NCBI GenBank assembly: GCA_903929535.1
Contig: CAIYVC010000080.1
Span: 4,999-68,998 of the forward strand
Source: an uncultured Caulobacteraceae bacterium
GTDB taxonomy: Bacteria; Pseudomonadota; Alphaproteobacteria; Caulobacterales; Caulobacteraceae
DNA length: 64,000 bases
Direction: 5' to 3'
The translations under genes and the position numbers were made by a program. Below the pieces are notes generated by a model. The model had not been told where the DNA came from and searched no databases. It saw nothing but the letters and a program-made list of their open reading frames with translations. Positions 37,520 through 47,571 of this stretch are shown piece after piece (the stretch's first letter is position 1; the number at the start of each line of letters is the position of its first letter).

Positions 37520-38305
37520 GTGAAGTCGATTTTGATGGCGGCCGTCAGCGTGGCCGCTCTGGGGATGGCCGGCACGGCCTCCGCCGAGCCGATCACGGTG
37601 TTCGGCTATGATCTGAACGCCACCCTGCGGGCCGAAGCGGCTCCCACCTACGAGGGCGGCAAGAAGTATTCGGTCTTCCCCGGCGGCGATCTGGCCATCA
37701 GCAGGCCCTGGGAATTCGATTCCTACAGCGCCCCTGACGACGCGGCCTCCTTCGCCATTCTGCACACCAAGCATTTTTCGTTCGGCGCCGCCGCCTCCAT
37801 CCGCGAGGACCGCGGCAACAGCGCCGAGCTCGTCGGCATGCGCAACATCGGCTATTCGCTGCAGGGCGGCGGCTTCATGGATATCTGGCCGACCAAGGGC
37901 GTGCGTATCCACATCGAGGCTCTGAAGGGCCTGACCTCCCAGAGCGGCCTGCTGGTCAATACCGGCGCCGATTTCGTCGCCCACCCCGGCAAATGGATGA
38001 TCGCGGCCGGTCCCCGCTACAGCTGGGCGGACGACCATTTCAACGGGACCTATTTCGGCGTGACGCCGGGCGAGGCCCTGGCCAGCCCCCTGATCGCCAA
38101 CCCCTACACCGCTCGCGCCGGATCGCACTTCGCCGGTGTAGAAGCCAATGCGGAATACAAGCTGCGGCCCCGGTGGCGGCTGACCGCGGACGTGACCTAC
38201 CATCACCTGATGGGCGACGACGCCAACAGCCCTCTGGTCAAACAGCTGGGCTCGGTCGATCAGCTCGCCATGGGCTTGGGGGTCCGCTTCGCCCTAAGCG
38301 ACTAG
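37520..38305 (+). CDS. MipA/OmpV-family outer-membrane protein (copy 2, tandem paralog)
   Basis: 261 aa, collinear with copy 1 (e.g. YHHLMGDDANSPLVKQLGSVDQLAMGLGVRF; WPTKGVRIHIEALKGLT versus WPTPWLRLHVEALKGLT). Confidence 0.85.
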   Translation: MKSILMAAVSVAALGMAGTASAEPITVFGYDLNATLRAEAAPTYEGGKKYSVFPGGDLAISRPWEFDSYSAPDDAASFAILHTKHFSFGAAASIREDRGNSAELVGMRNIGYSLQGGGFMDIWPTKGVRIHIEALKGLTSQSGLLVNTGADFVAHPGKWMIAAGPRYSWADDHFNGTYFGVTPGEALASPLIANPYTARAGSHFAGVEANAEYKLRPRWRLTADVTYHHLMGDDANSPLVKQLGSVDQLAMGLGVRFALSD

Positions 38306-41300
38306 GCGGCCTGCAGCGCCACCTTGGCCAGCTGCGACAGAATCCGCTCGGCGGCGGCCAGCCGCTGATCCGGGGTCTCCCACTCGCCCCTGACCACCAC
38401 CTTGTGGTCCGGCCGCACGCGCCAGAAGGCCTGGTTCTTCTGCACCAGCCCCACCAGACCCATCGGATCCGCGAAATGGTCGTCGCGGAAGGTGACCACG
38501 GCGCCCTTGGGACCGACGTCGATCTTGGACACATTGGCCTGACGGCAGAGGCCCTTGATCGCCACCACCTTCAGTAGCTGGTCCGCCTCTTCCGGCAGAG
38601 GCCCGAAGCGGTCGATCAGTTCTGCCGCCAGGGCTTCGCGGTCTTCCGGGCGTTCGGCCTCTGACAGACGGCGATACAGCGCCATGCGGACGTTGAGGTC
38701 CGGCACATACTCCTCGGGGATCAGCACCGATGCGCCGGTGTTGATCAGAGGCGACCAGCCGCGCTGGGCTCCGATCTCCGGTCCGCCCTTCTCGCGCAGC
38801 TCGGCCACCGCGTCCTCCAGCATCTGCTGGTAGAGTTCCACCCCGATCTCGCGGATGTGGCCCGACTGTTCGTCGCCCAGCAGGTTCCCGCCGCCCCGGA
38901 TATCCAGGTCGTGTGAGGCCAGCTGGAAACCGGCGCCGAGACTGTCCAGCGACTGCAGCACCTTCAGCCGCTTTTCCGCCGACAGGGTGATCTGCTTCTC
39001 AATCGGGGTGGTCAGATAGGCATAGGCCCGCGCCTTGGCCCGGCCCACCCGTCCGCGCAGCTGATAGAGCTGGCTCAGGCCGAACATGTCCGCCCGGTGG
39101 ATGATCAAGGTGTTGGCGGTCGGGATATCCAGGCCCGACTCCACGATCGTGGTCGACAGCAGCACATCGTACTGGCCGTCGTAGAAGGCGCTCATCACGT
39201 CTTCCAGCTGGGTTGGCGACATCTGGCCGTGCCCGACCACGAACTTCACCTCGGGCACCTGCTCGCGCAGGAACCGCTCCAGGTCAGGCAGGTCCGACAG
39301 GCGCGGGGCGACATAGTAGGCCTGTCCCCCGCGATACTTTTCCCGCAGCAGGCTCTCGCGCACCACGACCGGGTCCCAGGGCATGACGTAGGTGCGCACC
39401 GCCAGCCGGTCGACGGGCGGCGTGGCGATGATCGACATCTCCCGAATGCCGGACAGCGCCATCTGCAGGGTGCGCGGGATCGGCGTGGCGGTCAGGGTCA
39501 GCATGTGCACGTCGGCGCGCAGCGCCTTCAGCTTCTCCTTGTGCTTGACCCCGAAGTGCTGCTCCTCATCCACGATCACCAGGCCCAGGTCCTTGAACTT
39601 GACCTGTTCGGCCAGCACCGCGTGGGTGCCGACGACGATCTCGATCTCGCCCTTCTCCAGCCCCTCGCGGTTGGCGGCGGCGTCCTTGGCGGCGACCAGG
39701 CGCGACAGCTGCCGCACCTTGATCGGCCAGCCCTGGAAGCGTTCAGTGAAGGTCTTGAAGTGCTGGCGCGCCAGAAGCGTCGTGGGACAGACGATGGCCA
39801 CCTGCTGGCCGCTCATGGCCATCACGAACGCGGCGCGCAGGGCCACCTCGGTCTTGCCGAAACCTACGTCGCCGCAGATCAACCGATCCATGGGCCGCCC
39901 GGCGGCCAGGTCGCCCAGCACGTCGGCGATGGCGTTGAGCTGGTCTTCCGTCTCTTCGTAGGGGAAGCGGGCGCAGAACTCGTCGAACAGGCCCTGCGGC
40001 GGGTCGATCGCGGCGCCTTCGTTGAGCATCCGCGCGGCGGCGATCTTGATCAGCCCCTCGGCCATCTCGCGCAGCCGGTCCTTGGCCTTGGCCTTGCGCG
40101 CCTGCCAGGCCGCCCCGCCCAGCCGGTCCAGTTGCACGTTCTCACCGTCCGCGCCGTAGCGAGTCAGAAGGTCGATGTTCTCCACCGGTAGGTAGAGCTT
40201 GGACTCGCCGCCGTAGTGCAGCTCCAGGCAGTCGTGCGGCGCCCCCTGCACCTCCAGCGTCTTCAGCCCCATGTAGCGGCCGATGCCGTGGTCGATGTGC
40301 ACCACCAGGTCCCCAACGGTCAGGGAAGCGGCCTCGGCCAGGAAGTTGGACGCCCGACGGCGGCGGCGCGGGCGCGCCAGGCGGTCACCCAGCAGATCGG
40401 TCTCGGAGATGACGGCGAGGCTGTCCGTCTCGAAGCCATTATCCAGTGGCAGCACGACCCGCTGCGGAATCTTGGGGTCAGCCGCCTTGGCCGCCTGCCA
40501 ATAGGGCGCCAGCGGAACCTTGTTCAGCCCGTGATCGCCCAGCATCGCGCCCAGACGTTCGGACGACCCCTCTGACCAGGATGCGAACAGCACCCGCTTG
40601 CCGCCGGCGGCCAGGGCTTTGGCGTGGGTGGAGGCCGCTTCGAACAGGTTGACGCTGTCCTGGGCCCGCTCGGCCGCGAAGGTGCGCCCGATCTTGGCGC
40701 CCATGTCGAGCACCGCGTCGGTCTGCTCCTGCTGGAACGGGCTGAACTGCCGGTTCGGATGCGCCGCCAACCGCTGGTCCCACTCCTGGGCGCTCAGATA
40801 GAGGTCGGTGGGCTCCAGGGCGTTGTAGACGCTGCCCTTGGTCTTGCCGGACTCCATGCGCGCGTCGTGGGCGTCCTCGATCATGGCCAGCCGCTCGTCG
40901 CGCGACTGCGGCGCCTGGTGGTCCAGGGCGATCAGCGCGCCGTCGCCCAGGTAATCGAACAGGGTCTCCAGCTTCTCGTAGAACAGCGGCAGCCAGTGCT
41001 CCACGCCCGCCCGCCGCGCGCCCTCGCTGACCGCCGCATAGAGGGCGTCGTCGCCCGGCGATCCGAACCTAGCCACATAGCCCCGCCGGAAGCGGGCGAT
41101 GGACTCCGCGTCCATCAGCACCTCGGACACGGGTAGCAGGTCGATGGACTTCAGTTGCTTGGTGGAGCGCTGGGTCTCCGGATCGAAGGCGCGGATCGAC
41201 TCCAGGGAGTCGCCGAACAGATCCAGCCGGACCGGTTCCTCCGCGCCCGGCGCGAACACGTCGATCACCCCGCCGCGGATGGCGAATTCCCCTCGCTCTG

Positions 41301-41784
41301 CGACGGTGGAGGCGCGCTGATAGCCGTTGACCGCGAAATAGCGCTCCAGGTCGGCGATGTTCACGTCCTGGCCGGCGCGGGCCAGATAGCTGGCCTTCTT
41401 CACCGCCTCGCGCGGTGGAACTCGCTGCAGCAAGGCCGGAGCGGTCGTGACCAGCAGCCGGGTCTTTTTCGGATCGGCGTCCAGGGCCAGCCGGCTCAGC
41501 GCCGCCATCTGCTCGGCGGCGACGCCGGGCGATGGGCCGATGCGGTCGTAGGGCAGGCAATCCCATGACGGAAAGCGGATGATCTCGATGTCGTCGGCGA
41601 AGAACTTCAGTCCGTCGGCGAAGGCGGCGGCGCGGGCCGCGTCACGGGCGATGAAGGCGTTGAGCCCGCCGCGCACGCGCAACAGGTCGGCCATGATCAG
41701 GGCGTCGAAACCCTCCGGCGCGCCGACGAGGTCGAGCCGACCGGGCGCCGTGGCGATGCGTTTGAAATCGGAAGACTGGGACAA
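38302..41784 (-). CDS. mfd: Transcription-repair coupling factor
   Basis: 1160 aa with a UvrB-homology N-terminus, superfamily-2 helicase motifs (GDVGFGKTEVALRA, DEEQHFG, LTLTATPIPRTL, QLYQLRGRVGR) and a TRG motif region. Confidence 0.97.
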   Translation of the reverse strand: MSQSSDFKRIATAPGRLDLVGAPEGFDALIMADLLRVRGGLNAFIARDAARAAAFADGLKFFADDIEIIRFPSWDCLPYDRIGPSPGVAAEQMAALSRLALDADPKKTRLLVTTAPALLQRVPPREAVKKASYLARAGQDVNIADLERYFAVNGYQRASTVAERGEFAIRGGVIDVFAPGAEEPVRLDLFGDSLESIRAFDPETQRSTKQLKSIDLLPVSEVLMDAESIARFRRGYVARFGSPGDDALYAAVSEGARRAGVEHWLPLFYEKLETLFDYLGDGALIALDHQAPQSRDERLAMIEDAHDARMESGKTKGSVYNALEPTDLYLSAQEWDQRLAAHPNRQFSPFQQEQTDAVLDMGAKIGRTFAAERAQDSVNLFEAASTHAKALAAGGKRVLFASWSEGSSERLGAMLGDHGLNKVPLAPYWQAAKAADPKIPQRVVLPLDNGFETDSLAVISETDLLGDRLARPRRRRRASNFLAEAASLTVGDLVVHIDHGIGRYMGLKTLEVQGAPHDCLELHYGGESKLYLPVENIDLLTRYGADGENVQLDRLGGAAWQARKAKAKDRLREMAEGLIKIAAARMLNEGAAIDPPQGLFDEFCARFPYEETEDQLNAIADVLGDLAAGRPMDRLICGDVGFGKTEVALRAAFVMAMSGQQVAIVCPTTLLARQHFKTFTERFQGWPIKVRQLSRLVAAKDAAANREGLEKGEIEIVVGTHAVLAEQVKFKDLGLVIVDEEQHFGVKHKEKLKALRADVHMLTLTATPIPRTLQMALSGIREMSIIATPPVDRLAVRTYVMPWDPVVVRESLLREKYRGGQAYYVAPRLSDLPDLERFLREQVPEVKFVVGHGQMSPTQLEDVMSAFYDGQYDVLLSTTIVESGLDIPTANTLIIHRADMFGLSQLYQLRGRVGRAKARAYAYLTTPIEKQITLSAEKRLKVLQSLDSLGAGFQLASHDLDIRGGGNLLGDEQSGHIREIGVELYQQMLEDAVAELREKGGPEIGAQRGWSPLINTGASVLIPEEYVPDLNVRMALYRRLSEAERPEDREALAAELIDRFGPLPEEADQLLKVVAIKGLCRQANVSKIDVGPKGAVVTFRDDHFADPMGLVGLVQKNQAFWRVRPDHKVVVRGEWETPDQRLAAAERILSQLAKVALQAA

Positions 41785-41794
41785 GCGTATTCCT

Positions 41795-42079
41795 CTAGGC
41801 GCCGCGGTCGGCGCCGAGGGTCGAATGGGCGAAGAAACGGAAGGTTCGGATCAGGTCCATCACCTCGCCTTCGAACTGCTCCGGTGTCGGCTCGCGGCCG
41901 ATGATCCAGGCGTAGAGGTACTGGTCTTCCTGATCGATGAGCCGCTCGAACTCGTCCAGCTGATCGGGCGACAGCTGTTCCAGATGCGCCTCGGCGAACC
42001 CGCCAATAATGATGTCCGCCTCGCGGAAGCCGCGGTGCGATGCCCGGAACAGTAGTTTCTTGAGGCGCACGTCTTGCAT
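41795..42079 (-). CDS. sdhE: Succinate dehydrogenase flavinylation factor SdhE (SDHAF2/DUF339)
   Basis: 94 aa from the ATG at 42079: MQDVRLKKLLFRASHRGFREADIIIGGF... (RGxxE motif). The longer ORF in the track (to 42733) is an upstream extension without coding character. The position between mfd and recG is typical. Confidence 0.85.
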   Translation of the reverse strand: MQDVRLKKLLFRASHRGFREADIIIGGFAEAHLEQLSPDQLDEFERLIDQEDQYLYAWIIGREPTPEQFEGEVMDLIRTFRFFAHSTLGADRGA

Positions 42080-42127
42080 GGAGGGGTCGATATAGAGGGC
42101 GCGGCGGGCGCGCGCTACAGTCGCGCC

Positions 42128-44197
42128 ATGCGTCCGCAGATTCTGTTTCCGCTGTTCGTGTCCGTTTCCTCGCTGAAGGGCGTCGGGCCGAAGATACTGC
42201 CCCTGGTCGAGAAATTGGCCGGGCCGCTGGCGCGCGACCTGGTGTTCCTGGCTCCGCAGGGCGTGATCGTGCGCACGCAGACCGATACTGCCATGGCCCG
42301 GGACGGCGAAGTGCAGACCTTCACCGTGCGGATCGAGGCCCACCTCCCCCCGCATCGCCCTTCGGGGCCCTACCGCATCCGCGCCTTCGACGGCTCGGGC
42401 TTCCTCTATCTGACCTTCTTCAAGGGCGGCGGTTCGCATCTGCTGCGCCAGCACCCGGTCGGATCGGACCGCGTGGTCAGCGGCAAGGTCGAGCGCCGCG
42501 CCGTGGAGCTGCAGATCGCCCATCCGGACTATATGGTCCCGGTGGAACGGGCGGGAGACATTCCTGACGTCGAGGCGATCTATCCGGCCACCGCCGGGGT
42601 CAGCTCCCGCGTGATCCGCAAGCTGGTCCTGGAGGCGTTGGAGCGGGCGCCGGAGCTGCCCGACTGGCTCGACCCCGCCTTCGCCGCCCGCGAAAAGCTG
42701 CCCCACTGGCGCGAAGCCCTGGCCGCTCTGCACGCCCCGCGCTCAGAAACGGACCTCATGCCCCAGTCGGTGTTCCGCCGCCGCCTCGCCTATGACGAGC
42801 TCCTCGCCCACCAGCTGGCCATGGCCGAGCGCAAGGCCGGCCGCAAGCGCCAGAGCGCCGCCGCCATCCCCGCCAGCGACATTGCCCGGCAGGCCGAGGC
42901 CGCCCTGCCCTTCTCGCTCACCGGAGCCCAGATCCGCTCCCTGTCCGAAATCCGTGGCGATCTGATGGGCGGCGAGCGGATGAGCCGCCTGCTTCAGGGG
43001 GACGTCGGCTCGGGCAAGACCGTGGTGGCCATGCTGGCCATGGCCGATGTCGCCGCCGCCGGACGCCAGTCGGTGCTGATGGCGCCCACCGAAATTCTTG
43101 CCCGCCAGCATTACGAAACCCTGGCCGGACCGCTGGAAGCTCAGGGCGTGGGGGTGGTTCTGCTGACCGGCCGCGACAAGGGCCTGGCGCGGACCGAGAA
43201 GCTCAAGGCTCTGACCTCGGGCCACGCGGCGGTGGCCGTCGGCACCCACGCCTTGTTCCAGGACGATGTATCATACCGTGATCTTGCATTGTCGGTGATC
43301 GACGAACAGCACCGCTTCGGCGTCGCCGACCGGCGCCGGTTGCAGGAAAAAGGCGCCGCCGCCCATCTGCTCGCCATGTCGGCCACGCCCATTCCGCGTA
43401 CCCTGGAACTGACGGTCTACGGAGACCTCGACGTCTCGCGCCTGGACGAAAAGCCGCCGGGCCGCACGCCTGTCGCCACCCGCGCGGTCCCCATGCCCCG
43501 TCTGCCCGAGATCGTGGGCCGCCTGAAGAGCGCGGTGGATGGCGGCGCTCAGGCCTTCTGGATCTGCCCCCTGGTGGCTGAATCCGAAGACAGCGACCTG
43601 GTAGCCGCCGAGCACCGCGCGCAGTCGCTCAAGGCCATCTTCGGCGACAAGGTGGGCCTGATCCACGGCCAGCTTCCCAATGCCCAGAAGGATGCGGTGA
43701 TGGCACAGTTCGTGGACGGTAATCTGGCGGTTCTGGTCGCCACCACGGTCGTCGAGGTCGGCGTCAATGTGCCCAACGCCAGCATCATGGTCATCGAGCA
43801 GGCCGAGCGTTTCGGTCTGGCCCAGCTGCATCAGCTCAGAGGCCGCGTCGGCCGGGGCGCGCGCGAAAGCTCCTGCGTCCTGCTCTACGACCTGCCGCTG
43901 GGTAAGACCGCCCAGGCCCGCATAGACATCCTGCGCAAGACCGACGACGGCTTCCTGATCGCCGAAAAGGATCTGGAGCTGCGAGGCGGCGGCGATCCGC
44001 TGGGCCTGAAGCAAAGCGGCTTCCCCGCCTACAAGTTGGCTGACCCCGTGGCGCACCGCGACCTGATCCAGACAGCGGCGGACGACGCCCGTCTGGTCCT
44101 CAGCCGCGACCCCGAGTTCAAGAGTCCCCGTGGCCGGGCGTTGCTGGCGCTGCGGGCCCTGTTCGACTGGAAGGCGGAAGCGCCGGACGTGGGCTAG
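42128..44197 (+). CDS. recG: ATP-dependent DNA helicase RecG
   Basis: Start at MRPQILFPLF (42128). Wedge domain plus helicase motifs (GDVGSGKTVVA, IDEQHRFG, MSATPIPRTL, QLHQLRGRVGRG). Confidence 0.95.
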   Translation: MRPQILFPLFVSVSSLKGVGPKILPLVEKLAGPLARDLVFLAPQGVIVRTQTDTAMARDGEVQTFTVRIEAHLPPHRPSGPYRIRAFDGSGFLYLTFFKGGGSHLLRQHPVGSDRVVSGKVERRAVELQIAHPDYMVPVERAGDIPDVEAIYPATAGVSSRVIRKLVLEALERAPELPDWLDPAFAAREKLPHWREALAALHAPRSETDLMPQSVFRRRLAYDELLAHQLAMAERKAGRKRQSAAAIPASDIARQAEAALPFSLTGAQIRSLSEIRGDLMGGERMSRLLQGDVGSGKTVVAMLAMADVAAAGRQSVLMAPTEILARQHYETLAGPLEAQGVGVVLLTGRDKGLARTEKLKALTSGHAAVAVGTHALFQDDVSYRDLALSVIDEQHRFGVADRRRLQEKGAAAHLLAMSATPIPRTLELTVYGDLDVSRLDEKPPGRTPVATRAVPMPRLPEIVGRLKSAVDGGAQAFWICPLVAESEDSDLVAAEHRAQSLKAIFGDKVGLIHGQLPNAQKDAVMAQFVDGNLAVLVATTVVEVGVNVPNASIMVIEQAERFGLAQLHQLRGRVGRGARESSCVLLYDLPLGKTAQARIDILRKTDDGFLIAEKDLELRGGGDPLGLKQSGFPAYKLADPVAHRDLIQTAADDARLVLSRDPEFKSPRGRALLALRALFDWKAEAPDVG

Positions 44198-44435
44198 GGC
44201 CAGTCGCCCGCCATGGCGGAGCCGAAGGGGACCCCGGCCTGCCATGGCGGGAGGTGTCTGGTCTCCCGTCCAAACACGAAACAACTCCGATGCGATCGGA
44301 GCGTCTGCACGCCATGAGACGACGGCGGCAAGCGGGGCAGCTCAGCCGACGTCGCGCCAGTGTCCCATAGCGCTGCCGCAATAGAGAGGTGGCGGACGCG
44401 GCCCTCAAGCATGAGCGCCTTATAATTCAGGCATA

Positions 44436-45926
44436 ATGGCCGTGGCGGCGATTGCCGTTATGGTGAGCCGGTCGTCGTGCGAGGCTTCGTTGCTGACCAA
44501 GATCAACCAGATACGGTTTTGGCGGTTCCCCGCGGCGGCCTGCATCTGCGCTCTGGCCGCGATGGCGGCGATCATCCTGAACCGCACCCTTGACGAGACC
44601 GGGCTGGCCATGACGCTGCTGACGGGTGTGATCGTCAGCGCGGCCACCCTTGGCGCCTATCCGGCCTATTTCGCCGCCATCCTGACCTTCATCTTCTACA
44701 ACTACTATCTGGTGGAGCCGCGCTTCACCTTCCAGATGACCAGTCCCGAGGACTATTTCGTACTGGCCTTCTTCCTGGCCGTGGCTGTCGTCACCGGAGG
44801 CTTGGCCGGGCGGCTGAGCGATCAGGTCCGGCGCAGCCGTCTGCGCGCCCGGGCGAGCAGCGCCCTGTTCGAAGCTAGCCGTCGTCTGTCCGCCGCCGCG
44901 GACGAGGACGTGATCCGCCGTCACCTGGTTGAGCACATCGCAGCGGCGGCAAAGGGCCAAGCCATCCTGGCGGACGGCGGGCGCACCTGGACCTGCCCTG
45001 ACGAGCTCGAGACGGCCTCGATCATCGGTGAGGACGTGGAGCCGCCCAACGGATGGCAGGTCCGGACGATCGAAGCGGATGGGATCAGCCTCGGCGTCGC
45101 CGCGTGGCGCACGCCCGACGACGAACGGCCCGACACCGAGCGCGACCGGCTGATCGACGTGCTGATCGATCTGGGCGCCGCCGCCGTGCTGCGCGCCCGG
45201 TTGTCGTCAGCCCAGGCCGACCTGCTCGCCGCCTCCAAGACCGAGCAGCTGCGCGCGGCTCTGCTGTCGTCCATCTCGCACGATCTGCGCACGCCCCTGG
45301 CCGCCATCCTGGCGTCGGCGACCAGCCTCAAGACCTTCGGCGGCCAGTTTCCTCCGGATGTGCAGCGCGACCTGCTCACCACCATCGAGGAGGAGGCCGA
45401 GCGTCTGAACCGCTTCGTGGCCAACCTGCTCAGCATGACTAAGCTGGAATCCGGGAGCATCACCCTGCAGTCCCAGCCCGTCGACGTTGGCGAGGTGGTC
45501 AACCGCACCGCCGACCGCATCGGCGCCTACCGCCGCCGCGCCGTGGAGCGCGCCGGGCACGGCGAGTCCATCGCCCACGGCGACCCGATCCTGCTGGAAC
45601 AGGCCCTCGGCAACGTCATCGAGAACGCCGCCCGCTACTCCCCGCCCGGCGGCCCGATCATGGTCCGCTAACATCCCGAACGGGACAAGGTGAGGATCGA
45701 GGTCGAGGACTGCGGTCCCGGCGTCACCGAGGGCGAAACCGACCGGATCTTTGAGAAGTTCTATCGGTCCGCCGGATCCAGCGGCGTCAGCCAGGGCACA
45801 GGCCTCGGACTGTCGATCGCCCGAGGGCTGGTGGAGGCGATGAACGGCTCCATCGCCGCGCGCAACAAGGCAGAAGCCGGCGGACTGATCGTCACTCTGA
45901 CCCTGCCGGCGCACGCCCGTGGCTAA
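44436..45926 (+). pseudogene. KdpD-like (DUF4118-type) sensor histidine kinase interrupted by an in-frame TAA
   Basis: 44436..45671 encodes 4 TM helices (DUF4118-like), a GAF-like linker, the H-box (SISHDLRTPLAAI) and the N-box (VIENAARYSPPG). A TAA at 45669-45671 is followed in the same frame by HPERDKVRIEVEDCGPGV...GTGLGLSIARG (G1/G2 boxes) up to 45926. The ATP-binding domain is therefore cut in two. Confidence 0.8.
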
Positions 45927-45938
45927 ACAGGCAGCAGC

Positions 45939-46619
45939 ATTCTACTGGTCGACGACGAGCCTCAACTGGTGCGGGTCCTCACGCCGGTCCTGACCACCAT
46001 GGGCTACGAGGTCACGGTCGCCGACACGGGCAAGCAGGCGCTGGTCCTGGCGGCGCAAAACCGGTTCGACGCGGTGATCCTCGACCTCGGTCTGCCCGAC
46101 CTGGACGGCAAGTGGGTCATCACCCGGATGCGCCAGTGGTCGGAGGTCCCGATCCTGGTCCTGTCTGCGCGCGATATCGAGCAGGAGAAGATCGCCGCCC
46201 TGGACCTGGGTGCGGACGACTTCGTCAACAAGCCCTTCGCCGTCGGCGAACTCCTGGCCCGGTTGCGCGCCGCGCTCAGAGGGCGTGAGCGCCGGTTTTC
46301 CGCCCGCACGCGCTTCAAGGCCGGGGAACTGGAGATCGATTTCGCCGGGCGCAATGTCACCGTCCAGGGCCAGGAGGTGAAGCTGACGCCGCGCGAATAC
46401 GACCTGCTCTACGCCCTGGCGCGGCACGCCGGCCGCGTAGTCACCCACCGCCAGCTGATTGCAGCTGTCTGGGGCGCCGAGGCGGAGGTGGACGCCCAGT
46501 TCGTCCGCGTCCTGGTCGGTCAGGTTCGCCAGAAGCTGGAGGCCAACCCGAGCGAGCCGCGCACCCTGCTGACCGAACCGGGTCTGGGTTACCGCTTGGC
46601 GCCCGAGGACGAGGCCTGA
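45939..46619 (+). CDS. OmpR-family response regulator, KdpE-like; no canonical start codon (ATT at 45939 or CTG at 45945 tentatively)
   Basis: REC (ILLVDDEPQLVRVL...VILDLGLPDLDG...) plus a winged-helix domain (LTPREYDLLYALARHAG, GLGYRL). Between the upstream TAA (45924-45926) and the conserved DD pair there is no ATG, GTG or TTG. The first canonical start (GTG at 45969) would delete the acidic pocket. Confidence 0.7.
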   Translation: MLLVDDEPQLVRVLTPVLTTMGYEVTVADTGKQALVLAAQNRFDAVILDLGLPDLDGKWVITRMRQWSEVPILVLSARDIEQEKIAALDLGADDFVNKPFAVGELLARLRAALRGRERRFSARTRFKAGELEIDFAGRNVTVQGQEVKLTPREYDLLYALARHAGRVVTHRQLIAAVWGAEAEVDAQFVRVLVGQVRQKLEANPSEPRTLLTEPGLGYRLAPEDEA

Positions 46620-46658
46620 GGGCTGTACGCAGCGCGTCGGTCTGTGACAGGCTCAGGC

Positions 46659-47552
46659 ATGCGCCCCATCCTGATCGCCGCCCTTATCGCCGCCGCCATT
46701 GCCGTGCCCGCCGCGGCCCAGGCGCCCAAGCCCGTCACCCCCGGCGCCATCCTGGCCGCCGCGCCCGCCGCAGAATGGCAGGCGGTGGAGGCCGAGGACC
46801 TGCTGGTGATCGATCTGTTCAAGGGCGGCCGCATCGTCATCCAGCTGGCGCCCGGCTTCGCGCCCCAGCATGTCGCCAATATCCGCACCCTGGCCCGTGA
46901 GCATTGGTACGACGGGCTGTTCATCGAACGGGTGCAGGACGACTACGTCACCCAATGGGGCGACCCCAGCGGCAAGAAGGCTCTGCCCAAGGGCGTCGCC
47001 GCGCATGTGCCGGCGGAATACGAGCGCGCCTCCGAAGGGGTGAAGTTCAATCCCCTGCCCTGGCGCGACACCTATGCCGATCAGGCGGGCTTCTCCGGCC
47101 CCTGGCCCGTGGCCGAGGGCGAAGGCAAGGCCTGGATGACCCACTGCTACGGCATGGTCGGGGTCGGCCGCGACCTCAATCCCGACACTGGGACGGGCGC
47201 GGAGCTCTACGCCGTGATCGGCCATGCGCCTCGGGGCCTGGATCGCAACATCGCTCTGGTCGGCCGGGTGCTGGACGGCATGCCTCTACTGGCCTCCTTC
47301 CCGCGCGGGGAAGGCGAGCTGGGCGTCTACACCAAGCCGGCGCAGTTCATCTCGATCAAGCGGGTGCGGCTGGCGTCCGAGCTGACCGGTGCGGACCGGC
47401 CCTATTTCGAGGTGCTGAAGACCGACAGCGCCACCTACAAGGCCTGGTCGACCCTGCGGGCCAACCGCAAGGACGACTTCTTCCTGCATCCGGCGGGCGC
47501 GGCGGACCTGTGCAGCGTCATGCCGCCGCTACGCAAGGCGCGGGCGAAATAG
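46659..47552 (+). CDS. Periplasmic cyclophilin-type peptidyl-prolyl cis-trans isomerase
   Basis: Signal peptide MRPILIAALIAAAIAVPAAAQA and cyclophilin-like blocks (FAPQHVANIRTLAREHWYDGLFIERV, GMVGVGRD, ELYAVIG). Confidence 0.85.
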   Translation: MRPILIAALIAAAIAVPAAAQAPKPVTPGAILAAAPAAEWQAVEAEDLLVIDLFKGGRIVIQLAPGFAPQHVANIRTLAREHWYDGLFIERVQDDYVTQWGDPSGKKALPKGVAAHVPAEYERASEGVKFNPLPWRDTYADQAGFSGPWPVAEGEGKAWMTHCYGMVGVGRDLNPDTGTGAELYAVIGHAPRGLDRNIALVGRVLDGMPLLASFPRGEGELGVYTKPAQFISIKRVRLASELTGADRPYFEVLKTDSATYKAWSTLRANRKDDFFLHPAGAADLCSVMPPLRKARAK

Positions 47553-47571
47553 CCGATCCAAACAGGATGGA

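Noticed and set aside
44271-44301. A minus-strand terminator-like element (CTCCGAT-CGC-ATCGGAG followed by TTGTTTCGTGTTTGG) in the recG / kinase intergenic region, which could mark a small antisense-oriented RNA. There is also a TATAAT hexamer 9 nt upstream of the kinase ATG (possibly a leaderless mRNA).
   Set aside because: The stem is only 7 bp with a 3-nt loop and the T-tract is interrupted. There is no convincing promoter for a minus-strand transcript and no matching -35 for the TATAAT. This is too weak without transcriptome data.
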